From: an archaeon UBA583
Lineage (GTDB): Archaea; Nanobdellota; Nanobdellia; Woesearchaeales; UBA583
NCBI GenBank assembly: GCA_002506365.1
Contig: DAXK01000048.1
Coordinates: 18,627 to 82,626, forward strand
Direction of reading: 5' to 3'
Length of the DNA: 64,000 nt
A program made the translations under genes and the position numbers. The stretch's first letter is position 1. Each line of letters opens with the position of its first letter. Positions 20,611 to 30,671 of this stretch are shown here, piece by piece. The notes beneath the pieces were generated by a model that was not told the origin of the DNA, made no database searches, and worked only from the letters and a program-made list of their open reading frames with translations.

Positions 20611-20985
20611 TTTTCAAGTTATATAATTTTATTTTATATTGACTAATATTATAATTATTTAATTTTAAATTAGTATTTAATATTTACTAACTACTCATAA
20701 TTTAATGCTGTGGATACCTAGTATACTGTTTTACAAATTTTGATTTAATTATATAATTAATATAATATTTAAAATTATATATAATACAATGTATTATTTA
20801 ACTTTATTTTTATTAAATATATATTCTATCTGTTCACAGTAACAAATAACTAGTTTCCAAAGAATTAAATTATACAATGTATAATATATTATTTAAATTT
20901 TATATAAATCTTTACTTTACTAAATATTAGTAATTTTTTTGAAAACTTTAAAAATGAAGAAATATTATTTAAAATATTATATAAA

Positions 20986-21876
20986 ATGGGACATAATTAT
21001 TTAGAAAATATTGAAAAAATTAAAGAACAAAATATTAAAATTTTACAAGATGTAAATTCATCTGGTTGTTTAAAAATAGCCTCAATTTTTGAATTAATGA
21101 ATATTGCTGATCAAGATTCATTAAAAGCTTTATACAAATGTATTAGAGAGGATAAATGTGAATTAGTAAGACATGAAGCAGTATTTGCTCTAGGAGAAAC
21201 AGCTCCTGAAGAAAATACTACCAAATTTTTAAAAGAAATTCTTGAATTTGATGATAGTTTAGTTGTAAAACATGAATGTTTAATGTCTCTTGGAACAATT
21301 GGAAATAAAGATGATATTGATTTTATCAAACAATTTACTAAAAGTCCATTATTTGAAATTAAATGTTCAGCACTTTCAGCAATTGATAGAATTAATCAAA
21401 CAATTGACTATGAAAATGAAGTTTCAAAAAATATTGATAAATATATTCAAATTTTACACGATAAAAAAACACATTCACAAAATGCAAGAATTCAAATTTT
21501 ATTTCAATTAATGTTGATTCAAACACCAAAAGCATTACAAGCAATTCATAAATGTTTAAAAGAAGATATTTGTAGAGTTGTAAGACACGAAGCAGGATTT
21601 GTATTAGGAGAAATTGGAACTGATACTGCTGTTGAAATGATGGAAGATTCATTATTATCTGAATCTACAAATATTACAATCCATGAAACATTATTTGCTT
21701 TAGGAACATCTGGAAATAAATTAGCTTTACCAATAATTCAAAGATACTTAGATCATCCAGATTATGTAGTATCTGAATCTGCAGTAATTGCTAAAGAAAG
21801 AATTGAAGTTTTAAAAACTCCCTACTCTGGAGCAAGACATTTTGGAACTGAACATCAACATTCAGCCACAAAATAA
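20986..21876 (+). CDS. HEAT-repeat protein, deoxyhypusine hydroxylase (DOHH)-like
   Basis: Two symmetric halves with four His-Glu motifs: VRHEAVFALGE, VKHECLMSLG, VRHEAGFVLGE, IHETLFALG. Confidence 0.7.
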   Translation: MGHNYLENIEKIKEQNIKILQDVNSSGCLKIASIFELMNIADQDSLKALYKCIREDKCELVRHEAVFALGETAPEENTTKFLKEILEFDDSLVVKHECLMSLGTIGNKDDIDFIKQFTKSPLFEIKCSALSAIDRINQTIDYENEVSKNIDKYIQILHDKKTHSQNARIQILFQLMLIQTPKALQAIHKCLKEDICRVVRHEAGFVLGEIGTDTAVEMMEDSLLSESTNITIHETLFALGTSGNKLALPIIQRYLDHPDYVVSESAVIAKERIEVLKTPYSGARHFGTEHQHSATK

Positions 21877-21950
21877 CTTTTGCTAAAACTTTTTGAACAT
21901 TTTGTTCAAAAAAACAAGTTTTTATATATTCTTTAGCCTAAATATTTCTT

Positions 21951-22517
21951 ATGGAAAAAAATCAAATCATTAGATGTTTTGGAACTGGAAATTCCATTTA
22001 TGAAAAATACCACGATACTGAGTGGGCAAAACCAATTCACAATGATAGATTATTATTTGAATATTTAATTTTAGAAGGAGCACACGCAGGTTTATCTTGG
22101 CTTACAATATTAAATAAACGAGAAAATTATAGATTAGCTTATGATAACTTTGAACCAGAAATCGTTGCAAAATATGATGAAAATAAAATTCTAGAATTAT
22201 TAGAGGACTCCGGGATTGTAAGACACAAACTTAAAATCCTCGCAAGCATAAAAAATGCTAATGTTTTTTTAGCGATTCAAAAAGAATTTGGGAGTTTCGA
22301 TAAATATATGTGGAGTTATGTAAATAATAAAACAATTAAAAATAATTGGAAAGAACGTGAACAAGTTCCAGGTTCAACAGAAATATCTGATAAAATCTCA
22401 AAAGATTTGAAAAAACGAGGAATGAGTTTTGTAGGAACAACTATTATTTACGCTTTTATGCAGGCAGTTGGAATGGTTGATGACCACTTTGTCGGTTGTT
22501 GTGCTTATAGAAAGTAA
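21951..22517 (+). CDS. tag: DNA-3-methyladenine glycosylase I
   Basis: YHDTEW, LFEYLILEGAHAGLSWLTIL, FVGTTIIYAFMQAVGMVDDH..C. Confidence 0.95.
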   Translation: MEKNQIIRCFGTGNSIYEKYHDTEWAKPIHNDRLLFEYLILEGAHAGLSWLTILNKRENYRLAYDNFEPEIVAKYDENKILELLEDSGIVRHKLKILASIKNANVFLAIQKEFGSFDKYMWSYVNNKTIKNNWKEREQVPGSTEISDKISKDLKKRGMSFVGTTIIYAFMQAVGMVDDHFVGCCAYRK

Positions 22518-22961
22518 TTTTAAACCTAATATTTATTTATTCTCTAAAAAAGATTTATTATTTTTAGATAAAATTTTAGAAAAATTAGAGTTGGAATTAG
22601 TTTGTGTTTTTTTACCTGATTCGGACAATATGATTAATTTAATTAAATATATTCCATCAATTTTTGACAATAATAAATTGTGATTAATCACAATTCCCCA
22701 AAACTCTTCGATTTTTAGTGTCTAAACATTCTTCCAGAAAATAGAAGAAAAAGAACTCAATTGATAAGAAAAGGAAAATAAAAAATTACTTTTTATTTCT
22801 TAACGCGATAAATCGCTAAAATAAAAAATAATTTCAAATTAATCTTTTTCGCTCGATTTCCGCGAAAAATTAGAATAAAAATTTTATTTTTTACAAAACT
22901 GGAACTTCACTTCGTTCACCAGTTTTCAAAAAAATAAAATAAAATTTTAAAAAGTAAAAAT

Positions 22962-24026
22962 CTATCTAATAGTCTTTAATTTAGATGGATCAAACTTTGG
23001 CTTTTTAGCTAAATAATCATCTAAAATAAACTTTTTAATCTCTTCTGAATCAGTAAAAAACTTATACTTCTTTAAACCTTTCATAGCTTCAATTCTTCTC
23101 TCAGTATCCTCTTCATTATAAATATCAGTCTTAGATAAATACAATACAACAGGTTTATCATCTGATGAAACTTTCTTCAATAAAGCTAATTGTTGTTCAA
23201 CTCTATATCCACAAGACTCAGTAAAATCAATAACAAAAATCATTGATTGACAATAATCTCTTAATACAATCTCAGCTCTCTCTTCAATTCCATTATTTTT
23301 ATCTCTACCTAATAAACCAGGAGTATCAATCATTTGAATTGCCTTTTGTTCCTTATAATATAAATAAGAAAACATTAAACCCTTAGTTGTAAAAGGATAA
23401 TTTTGAATTTCAACATTTGAACCAGTAACTTTCTTCATTAAAGTAGACTTTCCAACATTTGGAAATCCAGCAATAGTTACAGTATATAAATCTTCAAAAG
23501 TTGGTAACTTATTCATAAACATTCTCGCATCATCTAAAGTTTTAAATGCTTTTTTAGACTTTGAAAATAAAGAATTAATCTTTCCTAAATGTTTCTTCAT
23601 TAAAAATCCACTAGTTTCTTGACTCTTTACCTTCTTTAACTTAAACTCTGTTTTTTGAGTAAACTCATCAGAACCATCACAAATCCATTTTAAATCTGCT
23701 AAAGCTTCCTTAATATCTCTAACTGGAGTTTCTGAAGTATTAATTAAATCAACATAAACCTTATTTACTTTCATAAAATTTGGAAATTGTTTCATTAACT
23801 TTCTAACATCATTATTAATTTTAGTATTTAGATGTCTAACTTTTTGTAACTCTAAATCCTTTCTTTTATTTAAATTATTCTCTTCTGCTGTTTTTCTTTG
23901 AAAAGATGCTACTCTTTTAAATCTATTATCAACAACTAACTTCTCTTTTGCTGCAAAATCTTGCATTGACTTCATTGCTCTGTCAATATAAAAATTTTCT
24001 TTTTCTATTTTTGGTATTTTAAACAT
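22962..24026 (-). CDS. NOG1-family nucleolar GTP-binding protein (Obg superfamily)
   Basis: GFPNVGKST, YPFTTKG, DTPG, DFTESCGY, KTD; helical N-terminal domain. Confidence 0.9.
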   Translation of the reverse strand: MFKIPKIEKENFYIDRAMKSMQDFAAKEKLVVDNRFKRVASFQRKTAEENNLNKRKDLELQKVRHLNTKINNDVRKLMKQFPNFMKVNKVYVDLINTSETPVRDIKEALADLKWICDGSDEFTQKTEFKLKKVKSQETSGFLMKKHLGKINSLFSKSKKAFKTLDDARMFMNKLPTFEDLYTVTIAGFPNVGKSTLMKKVTGSNVEIQNYPFTTKGLMFSYLYYKEQKAIQMIDTPGLLGRDKNNGIEERAEIVLRDYCQSMIFVIDFTESCGYRVEQQLALLKKVSSDDKPVVLYLSKTDIYNEEDTERRIEAMKGLKKYKFFTDSEEIKKFILDDYLAKKPKFDPSKLKTIR

Positions 24027-24437
24027 TTTGATACGCCTCGTATAATTATATTCAAATAAACTCTAACTATTTAGAAATTTATCACACAAATATTATAATT
24101 AAATATCCTCGAAAATTCAAACCACATTTTATCTGAACTTCTAGTTTAATTATCTAATAAAAATTAATCAAAATTCATTTATAAAGGTAGGTTATTTAAC
24201 TTATTTTAATTAAATAATATAAACTAACTCAAACATTTTAATCAATTTAACAAATCAATCTAACAATTAAATTTAATTAATCAATTTAGTTATTTAATCC
24301 AAATACTTTCATTTTTATAAAAATCAACAACTAATTCTAAACAATAAACAATATATACAAACAATTTTTACAATTATTATGAATTTGCTTAAAAGTTAAT
24401 AGAAATATTTAAAAATAAAAAATGCTAAAATCTCAGT

Positions 24438-24959
24438 ATGGCAAACTTTAGTGAAACTCCTCTAATGGAATTAGTCCTTAGAAGATACGAAACTCCTCAC
24501 GATTTATCTGAGAGAGATGCTTTAAAAAAAATCTGTTTATCTTTAGGTTTATTACAACCAGGAGATAGTCGTGATGTAATTGTAGATATTTTAATGGTTC
24601 TAGAAAGAGCTAAAAAAGATAAAAGAGAAATTTCCGCTGTTGAAATTAAAGATGAACTTTTAGAAATTAGAAAAGAAAATGGTTTATCCTTAAATGGGAC
24701 TGCTGATTCTAATATTAGAAGACAATTAAAAAGATTAAGAGATATTTTTTTAGTTGAAAAAATTAAAAATAATTATAGAATTTTAGAATTTATGAGTTTA
24801 GAACAAATTTTTGAAACTAAAATTAAAAAAATTATTCTAGATGCTGTTTTAACAAGAAATGCTGAATATTTTAATTATTATACAAAATATGAATCAGATA
24901 ATAAAACTGAACCAACAACAATTGAAGAACTAAAAGCTCAAAGTGAGGATTCATTTTAA
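24438..24959 (+). CDS. Archaeal winged-helix protein
   Basis: CLSLGLLQPGDSRD...SNIRRQLKRLRDIFLVEK...YRI wHTH pattern. Confidence 0.6.
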   Translation: MANFSETPLMELVLRRYETPHDLSERDALKKICLSLGLLQPGDSRDVIVDILMVLERAKKDKREISAVEIKDELLEIRKENGLSLNGTADSNIRRQLKRLRDIFLVEKIKNNYRILEFMSLEQIFETKIKKIILDAVLTRNAEYFNYYTKYESDNKTEPTTIEELKAQSEDSF

Positions 24960-24960
24960 A

Positions 24961-25878
24961 ATGAAAATTACTAAATCAAACAATTCAATAAAATCATACT
25001 TTGCTATTTTATTTTTAGCATTTGCTTTAGTTTTATCTGGTTGTTCATCTGATTCAGGAGCAAAAGAATCAGGAATTTTAGGAATTGGTGGAGGTTCATC
25101 TTCAACTAGTTCAAGTGGGAGCGGAGTATCAATTAACTTTCAAGATTTAAGTTTTAAACCACAAAAAGATAATGAATTTTCAATGGTTATGGAATTAAAA
25201 AATTATCAATTACATGATGTTGATGTGAAAGTTAGACCATCAGGTTTTGACTGGAATTATTTACAATCAGGACTTGAAAGAGAATTTGTATTATCATTAA
25301 GTAAGGGGACAACAGATGCTCCAAATCAAAATGCTCACTATATTGAAGGAATTAAATTATCTGGATTTACAGGAGATTATAATTGGAATCCAACATTTAA
25401 ATACTGTTATACTGCAAAATCTACATTTAGAGAACAAGTATGTATTCCTGATAAATTAAATGGATGTTCAGCAGATATTAAATCAGACAAATTTGAAAAT
25501 GGATTATTATCAACAAAAGTTAATTCAATTTATCCAATTTCATCAGATAAAATTGGTGTAGAATTTCAAGTTTCAAACTCAGGAAAAGGAGTTGTTGTAA
25601 ATGAATGTTTTCAAGACGAAAATAAAAATGACTTTGGAAACAAAATTACTGACCCAGTTGTAAAATTAGGAACAACTATTGGAACTTGCTCTGCTACTTC
25701 AACATCAAACGGATTTGCTTTAAATCAAAATAAATTACAATTTAAATGTGAATTTCAAAGAAGTGGGGATGCTTCAGAATCTTACGCATCACAAGTTACA
25801 GTTGACTATGAATACTTATACTCACAAAGTGTAAAAAATCAAATTACAATTGTAGATTTAGAAAATAGGAATAGGTAA
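24961..25878 (+). CDS. Putative surface lipoprotein
   Basis: Lipobox LVLSGC, Gly/Ser linker, beta-rich Cys-containing ectodomain; ATG 24961 follows the upstream stop. Confidence 0.6.
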   Translation: MKITKSNNSIKSYFAILFLAFALVLSGCSSDSGAKESGILGIGGGSSSTSSSGSGVSINFQDLSFKPQKDNEFSMVMELKNYQLHDVDVKVRPSGFDWNYLQSGLEREFVLSLSKGTTDAPNQNAHYIEGIKLSGFTGDYNWNPTFKYCYTAKSTFREQVCIPDKLNGCSADIKSDKFENGLLSTKVNSIYPISSDKIGVEFQVSNSGKGVVVNECFQDENKNDFGNKITDPVVKLGTTIGTCSATSTSNGFALNQNKLQFKCEFQRSGDASESYASQVTVDYEYLYSQSVKNQITIVDLENRNR

Positions 25879-25884
25879 ATAAAA

Positions 25885-26226
25885 ATGTTTTGGAAAGAAA
25901 AAAGAATAATTATCGGATTAATCGAGAGTATAACTCTAGAAAATGGAGTCACATATAAAGCAAAAATCGATACAGGGGCAGATTCTAGTTCAATTGACCA
26001 AAACTTATTAGAAAAATTAGGTGAGAAAAAAATTTTATCTCACAAAATTGTAAAATCTGCTTTGGGTAGAACAAAAAGACCAACTGTTAGACTAGAAGTA
26101 GAATTCCAAGGTAAAAAATTTTCTGAAAAGTTTTCAGTCGCTGACAGAAGTCATCTAAGATATAAAGTTTTAGTTGGAAAAGATATTTTAAAAAAAGAAG
26201 GATTTTTAATTGATCCTACAAAATAA
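25885..26226 (+). CDS. RimK-associated retropepsin-like protease
   Basis: AKIDTGADSSSID, DRSHLRYKVLVGKD; adjacent to rimK. Confidence 0.85.
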   Translation: MFWKEKRIIIGLIESITLENGVTYKAKIDTGADSSSIDQNLLEKLGEKKILSHKIVKSALGRTKRPTVRLEVEFQGKKFSEKFSVADRSHLRYKVLVGKDILKKEGFLIDPTK

Positions 26227-26439
26227 TTAATATTATATTATGATATATTTAATATATTATTATTATTTTATTTCTATTTATTTTAATTCATAACTCAATT
26301 TAATTTTAATATTTATACTATTTAACGATTAATATTATTTTTTAATCGTATATAAAAATTATTAATTCTTAATTATTTGATTGTTTATATCTCCAACCCA
26401 ATGTTTATAAACAACCAATTCTTTAAAATATTTAGATAC

Positions 26440-27516
26440 ATGGGTTTAAAAATCGGAATTATTAGTATGGGGAGTAAATCTTCTCGTATGATTTTAGAAG
26501 AGGCGGATAACTTTTTTGATGAAGCAGATCACATCGACATTAGAAAAATTGAAGTTAAAATTGATGATAAAACAACTGTTTTATACGACGGAGAACCACT
26601 AAAAGATTATGATTGTTTATATATGAGAGGAAGTTTTAGATATTCATCATTATTATATGCAATTTCAGAACATTTTAAAGATAAATGTTATGTTCCACTA
26701 GAAGCAAATTCTCACGTAATTGCTCATGACAAATTTAAAACTCACTTAAAATTATCACAAGTAAGTTCAATTAAAATGCCTGCAACTTATTTTACAGCTA
26801 AAATTACTGAAACTAAATCTTTTTTAAAAACATTAAATTATCCAATTATTTTAAAATTTCCAAGTGGAACTCACGGGAAAGGTGTAATTTTTGCTGAATC
26901 TTACTCTTCAGCAGCTTCAATGGTTGATGCTTTAGATGTATTTAGTCAACCTGTTTTAATTCAAGATTATATTCATATTAATTCAGACATTAGAGTAATT
27001 GTAGCAGGAGATAAAATTATTGGTGCAATGCGTAGATTTGCTCAAAAAGGTGAAGTTCGTGCTAATTCTCATCAAGGTGGGGACGCTGAACCATATTTAG
27101 TAACTCCTGAAGTTAAAAGAATGTCAATTGATGCTGCTAAAAAAATTAAAGCTGATGTTTGCGCAATTGATTTAATTGAATCTGATTACGGTCCACAAAT
27201 TTTAGAAGTAAATTCAAGTCCAGGATTACAAAAAATTACTGAAACAACTAAAAAAAATATTGCAGGTGAAATTGCTCACTTTTTATTTGAAGAAACTTTA
27301 AGAAGAAAAGATCTGAAAAATAAATCTGATTCAAAAGACTTAAACAAAGATATGGGAATTGAGGAAATTGGTTCAAGAGATTTAGTTACAGAATTAAAAA
27401 TGAATGCAGGAAGAATTATTTTACCTGAATTTGCATCAAAACAATCTGAATTCTGGCCAGGTGAAGAAGTAGTAGTTAAAACTAGTAAAGGTAAAATTGA
27501 AATAACTAAAGGTTAA
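26440..27516 (+). CDS. rimK: RimK-family ATP-grasp alpha-L-glutamate ligase with a C-terminal AbrB-like extension
   Basis: YPIILK, GTHGKGV, DIRVIV, RANSHQGG, LEVNSSPG; ATG 26440 more plausible than TTG 26377. Confidence 0.88.
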   Translation: MGLKIGIISMGSKSSRMILEEADNFFDEADHIDIRKIEVKIDDKTTVLYDGEPLKDYDCLYMRGSFRYSSLLYAISEHFKDKCYVPLEANSHVIAHDKFKTHLKLSQVSSIKMPATYFTAKITETKSFLKTLNYPIILKFPSGTHGKGVIFAESYSSAASMVDALDVFSQPVLIQDYIHINSDIRVIVAGDKIIGAMRRFAQKGEVRANSHQGGDAEPYLVTPEVKRMSIDAAKKIKADVCAIDLIESDYGPQILEVNSSPGLQKITETTKKNIAGEIAHFLFEETLRRKDLKNKSDSKDLNKDMGIEEIGSRDLVTELKMNAGRIILPEFASKQSEFWPGEEVVVKTSKGKIEITKG

Positions 27517-27552
27517 TTTAATTTTTACTTTATTTAAAATTTCATAATAAAA

Positions 27553-28275
27553 TTAAACTCTTATATCTAAACTTTTTCCAAGAAAAAACCTTTCAAATTC
27601 TCTTTCAAATTTTATAATTTCACAACTTGGAATCTTAATATCTTTACAAAATTTCACAATTTTATTATATGCATCTATTTTATACTCATTAATTCCATTT
27701 AACATAATTTCATTTTTTAATTTATATAAATAAATTTTTATTAACGTATTAAAATCAGAAATAACATTTTTATTCAAACTTTCCCCTAATTTTAATATGT
27801 CTTCAACAAATTTGAAATTATCTACAATCCAAAAAAAATTATTATTAATTAAATGATTAAATTTATTTATTTTAGTCATATAAATTTGCTCTAAAACAAC
27901 TTTTAATTTATCATGAGAATTCAAATTTAAATTTTCACATTTTTTCCTACAATCATCAAATTTCAAATAAAAATCCTCATTTAAATTTTCAAATATTTTT
28001 GCTAATTCAACTAATTTTTTAATATTTAAATTTAATTTATCTTCACAAGATTCCTCTAAACCTATTTTATTAATAAGTTCAAGTTTTCCTAATTTAGTAA
28101 ATATTTCATAATAATTCATTATTAAAGCAGTATTCTCAGTTGCAACAACTTTAGGTAATTTAGATTTATCGGGATGGAATTTATTAATTAATCTTCTAAA
28201 CGCTAATTTTATTTCTTTATCTGTTGATTTTTTAGAAATCCCTAATAAATTAAATTCATCTAAAATATTTATCAT
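27553..28275 (-). CDS. J-domain protein (not a full DnaJ)
   Basis: LLGIS...EIKLAFRRL...FHPDK; no Cys-rich or DnaJ C-terminal domain. Confidence 0.75.
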   Translation of the reverse strand: MINILDEFNLLGISKKSTDKEIKLAFRRLINKFHPDKSKLPKVVATENTALIMNYYEIFTKLGKLELINKIGLEESCEDKLNLNIKKLVELAKIFENLNEDFYLKFDDCRKKCENLNLNSHDKLKVVLEQIYMTKINKFNHLINNNFFWIVDNFKFVEDILKLGESLNKNVISDFNTLIKIYLYKLKNEIMLNGINEYKIDAYNKIVKFCKDIKIPSCEIIKFEREFERFFLGKSLDIRV

Positions 28276-28337
28276 ATATGTTTTATTAAAACCTATTTAT
28301 TTAAAGGTTTGTTAATGAAGTTTGTGACAAATTATAT

Positions 28338-28730
28338 CTATTCATCCTTATAGACACCTTTAAGTGTCCCAGAAACTCTTTTCACATCAATTTTACAAGG
28401 ATTATTATTTCCTAAAAATAAAACTAAACTTAAAATTCCAATTAATTTTTCTGATGATTTAGTTGAACATTTTAAAATAATTTCTTGTTTATCAAAATCA
28501 AACTTATCTCGTAAAACCCAAACTCCAGCTTTCCCCATTTCAACAGTCCCCATATAAGAAATAATTTCTTCAATTAAATTTTCTGAAATAGTCTTAAAAT
28601 CTAATTTATTCTTAGAACTTATAACTGCCCTAATAAATCTCTTTTTTTGTCTTAAAGTTGGTTGTAACGGTTTTAACTTTGTATCTTCAATTTGTGTTTT
28701 TGTTGTTTTATTTGATGTTTTATTAGCCAT
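28338..28730 (-). CDS. rnp2: Ribonuclease P protein Pop5/Rpp14
   Basis: LQPTLRQKKRFI...VSGTLK signature. Confidence 0.85.
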   Translation of the reverse strand: MANKTSNKTTKTQIEDTKLKPLQPTLRQKKRFIRAVISSKNKLDFKTISENLIEEIISYMGTVEMGKAGVWVLRDKFDFDKQEIILKCSTKSSEKLIGILSLVLFLGNNNPCKIDVKRVSGTLKGVYKDE

Positions 28731-28816
28731 TTTTTAATATCTTTTAGAACTTTAATTCTAATACCTATTAAATAAAGTATAAAAGAATTTATAAACTTTT
28801 ATTGCTAAAAATAAAT

Positions 28817-29638
28817 ATGCACGATCTCAGATATATAAAACCTAAAAAATCTGAAATATTTCCAATTTCAATTGTGACATTTGTATTATCATTAATGTTT
28901 TCAATATTTATTTTAAAATTCTCATCTCAAAATGATTTAACTCAAGTTTTTATCCCTATATTTTTATTTTTGAACTTTTTATTTTATACAAAATTAACTA
29001 TTATGAAAATTAGTGGACTAAAAAACGGAATTGAACTTACATTTGACTTAACATATCTAAACCAATATAGTTTTAGGCCATTTGATAAAATTTCAAACAA
29101 ATATTCAGATTTACCTTCAAAAGGATTATCCTCAATTATAATTTCAATTTTAATTTATATCTTAACATTAGGATTTGTAATTTTTCCAGCAATTTGGAAA
29201 ATTAATTATAATAAAATTAATCACAAATACAGAGGAGTTGGAGATCATCACGAGTTAGGATTTGCATACACAAGATTATATGAAGTAACTGACCATAGAA
29301 TTGCCAAAACATACATTGTAGGATTTTTTTACTACTTTTTATTTGCCCAATTAACTGAAATATTTTTTAGTAACTCTGAATTATACATTTGGTTACAAGC
29401 AATTGTATTTTACTTAGCATTTTTCACATTAATTCCAATTCCAGGTTCTGAAGGTTTTGAACTATATAAAAGAAATCAATTTGGTTATATGATGTTAATT
29501 CCAATCTTATTTGTTGGAATGTTATCAATATTAGTATTCAAAAGTGTTTTATTTACATCTTTGATTGTTCTTTTAACATTTGGATATTTATATTTTGATA
29601 AATTATGGAAATCTTTAACTGGTAGTGGTGGACATTAA
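28817..29638 (+). CDS. Polytopic membrane protein, possibly a degenerate M50 site-2-protease-like fold
   Basis: Multiple TM segments; TLIPIPGSEG resembles NLLPxxPLDG but no HExxH; start uncertain (28802 TTG or 28817 ATG). Confidence 0.45.
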   Translation: MHDLRYIKPKKSEIFPISIVTFVLSLMFSIFILKFSSQNDLTQVFIPIFLFLNFLFYTKLTIMKISGLKNGIELTFDLTYLNQYSFRPFDKISNKYSDLPSKGLSSIIISILIYILTLGFVIFPAIWKINYNKINHKYRGVGDHHELGFAYTRLYEVTDHRIAKTYIVGFFYYFLFAQLTEIFFSNSELYIWLQAIVFYLAFFTLIPIPGSEGFELYKRNQFGYMMLIPILFVGMLSILVFKSVLFTSLIVLLTFGYLYFDKLWKSLTGSGGH

Positions 29639-29733
29639 ATTAAAATAAACTTAATTTTTATTTCATAGTTAGATATTAATTTACTTAAAATATTCATTAA
29701 TTATTTAAATACAAAAATCTTACTTATTTCTAG

Positions 29734-29961
29734 ATGAATTCTGAAGAAATCAAAAAAGACGCTCAAAAGATTATGGATAATTTTATGGACGAGATGAAAG
29801 ATATTCAAGTTGAAGATGATTTTATCTTAGAAAGAGAAACATGTTTCAGAGAAGAAGGGACTGGGACAGAACCTGATGAAAACTTTAAACAAAGATTTCT
29901 ATCAAACGCAAAAAGAACTTCAGGAGATGCAATCTTAGCAAACAAAGGAGATTGGGTATAA
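29734..29961 (+). CDS. gatC: Asp/Glu-tRNA amidotransferase subunit C, archaeal type
   Basis: EEIKKDAQKIMDNF...FREE...FKQRFLSNA...KGDW. Confidence 0.75.
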   Translation: MNSEEIKKDAQKIMDNFMDEMKDIQVEDDFILERETCFREEGTGTEPDENFKQRFLSNAKRTSGDAILANKGDWV

Positions 29962-30089
29962 GTTTAAATACTTACAAATATTAATATAAATATAATTAAA
30001 AATGGTTCTCAGTAAAGCACATTGTGTTGGTGAGTTTAGAAATTATTTAGATAATAAAGAATTTCGGCATTTTTTTACATAGTCAAAAA

Positions 30090-30671
30090 ATGGTAAGTCA
30101 AAAAAGATTAAAAGGACACGGTGGAAAACACCAAGAAGAGATTAGTAAAACTGCAAAATACGGAGGATTATTTATTTTAGTAATTATGGTTTTATCAATT
30201 GCAGGATTTGCATTATCTATGGGTGGTGGACAAACTAGTTCTCAATCATCAGATAATCAAAATTTTCCATTAACTGAAAATGCATTCCAAAACCCTCAAA
30301 CAGGAGAAACTTATTGGGGTGCTGTAGTTCAAGGAGAAAGATTTATTTTCATGAACGGTGTTGAAGGGTATGATAATTTTCAAAATATGGTTGATTTATC
30401 AACACAAATTAAATCAAAATCTGAACAAATTTTAACAATAAAAATGGGTTCTAACTTTACAAATGTTGATGCAATTTACTTAATTCAAGAAAAATTATTT
30501 CCAAGTTTAAATATTCAAACTCAAATGGCAACAATTAACTCAACATGTAATGAAAATACAATTTTATTTACAAACGAATTAATTGAAGATTCAACATGTA
30601 TGCAATTTATTGCTCCACAAGGGGAAGAAGCAAACTTTGCAGACATTTTAGTATATCATATGATTAAATAA
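30090..30671 (+). CDS. Membrane-anchored hypothetical protein
   Basis: One N-terminal TM helix GLFILVIMVLSIAGFAL. Confidence 0.55.
   Translation: MVSQKRLKGHGGKHQEEISKTAKYGGLFILVIMVLSIAGFALSMGGGQTSSQSSDNQNFPLTENAFQNPQTGETYWGAVVQGERFIFMNGVEGYDNFQNMVDLSTQIKSKSEQILTIKMGSNFTNVDAIYLIQEKLFPSLNIQTQMATINSTCNENTILFTNELIEDSTCMQFIAPQGEEANFADILVYHMIK

Noticed and set aside
22468..22683. 71-aa ORF overlapping the end of tag
   Set aside because: Overlaps tag by 50 nt, low complexity, no motif or promoter
24027..24437. Long AT-rich gap with loose TCAAT repeats as a replication origin
   Set aside because: No ORB-like G-string repeats and no adjacent cdc6/orc1; explainable as divergent promoters
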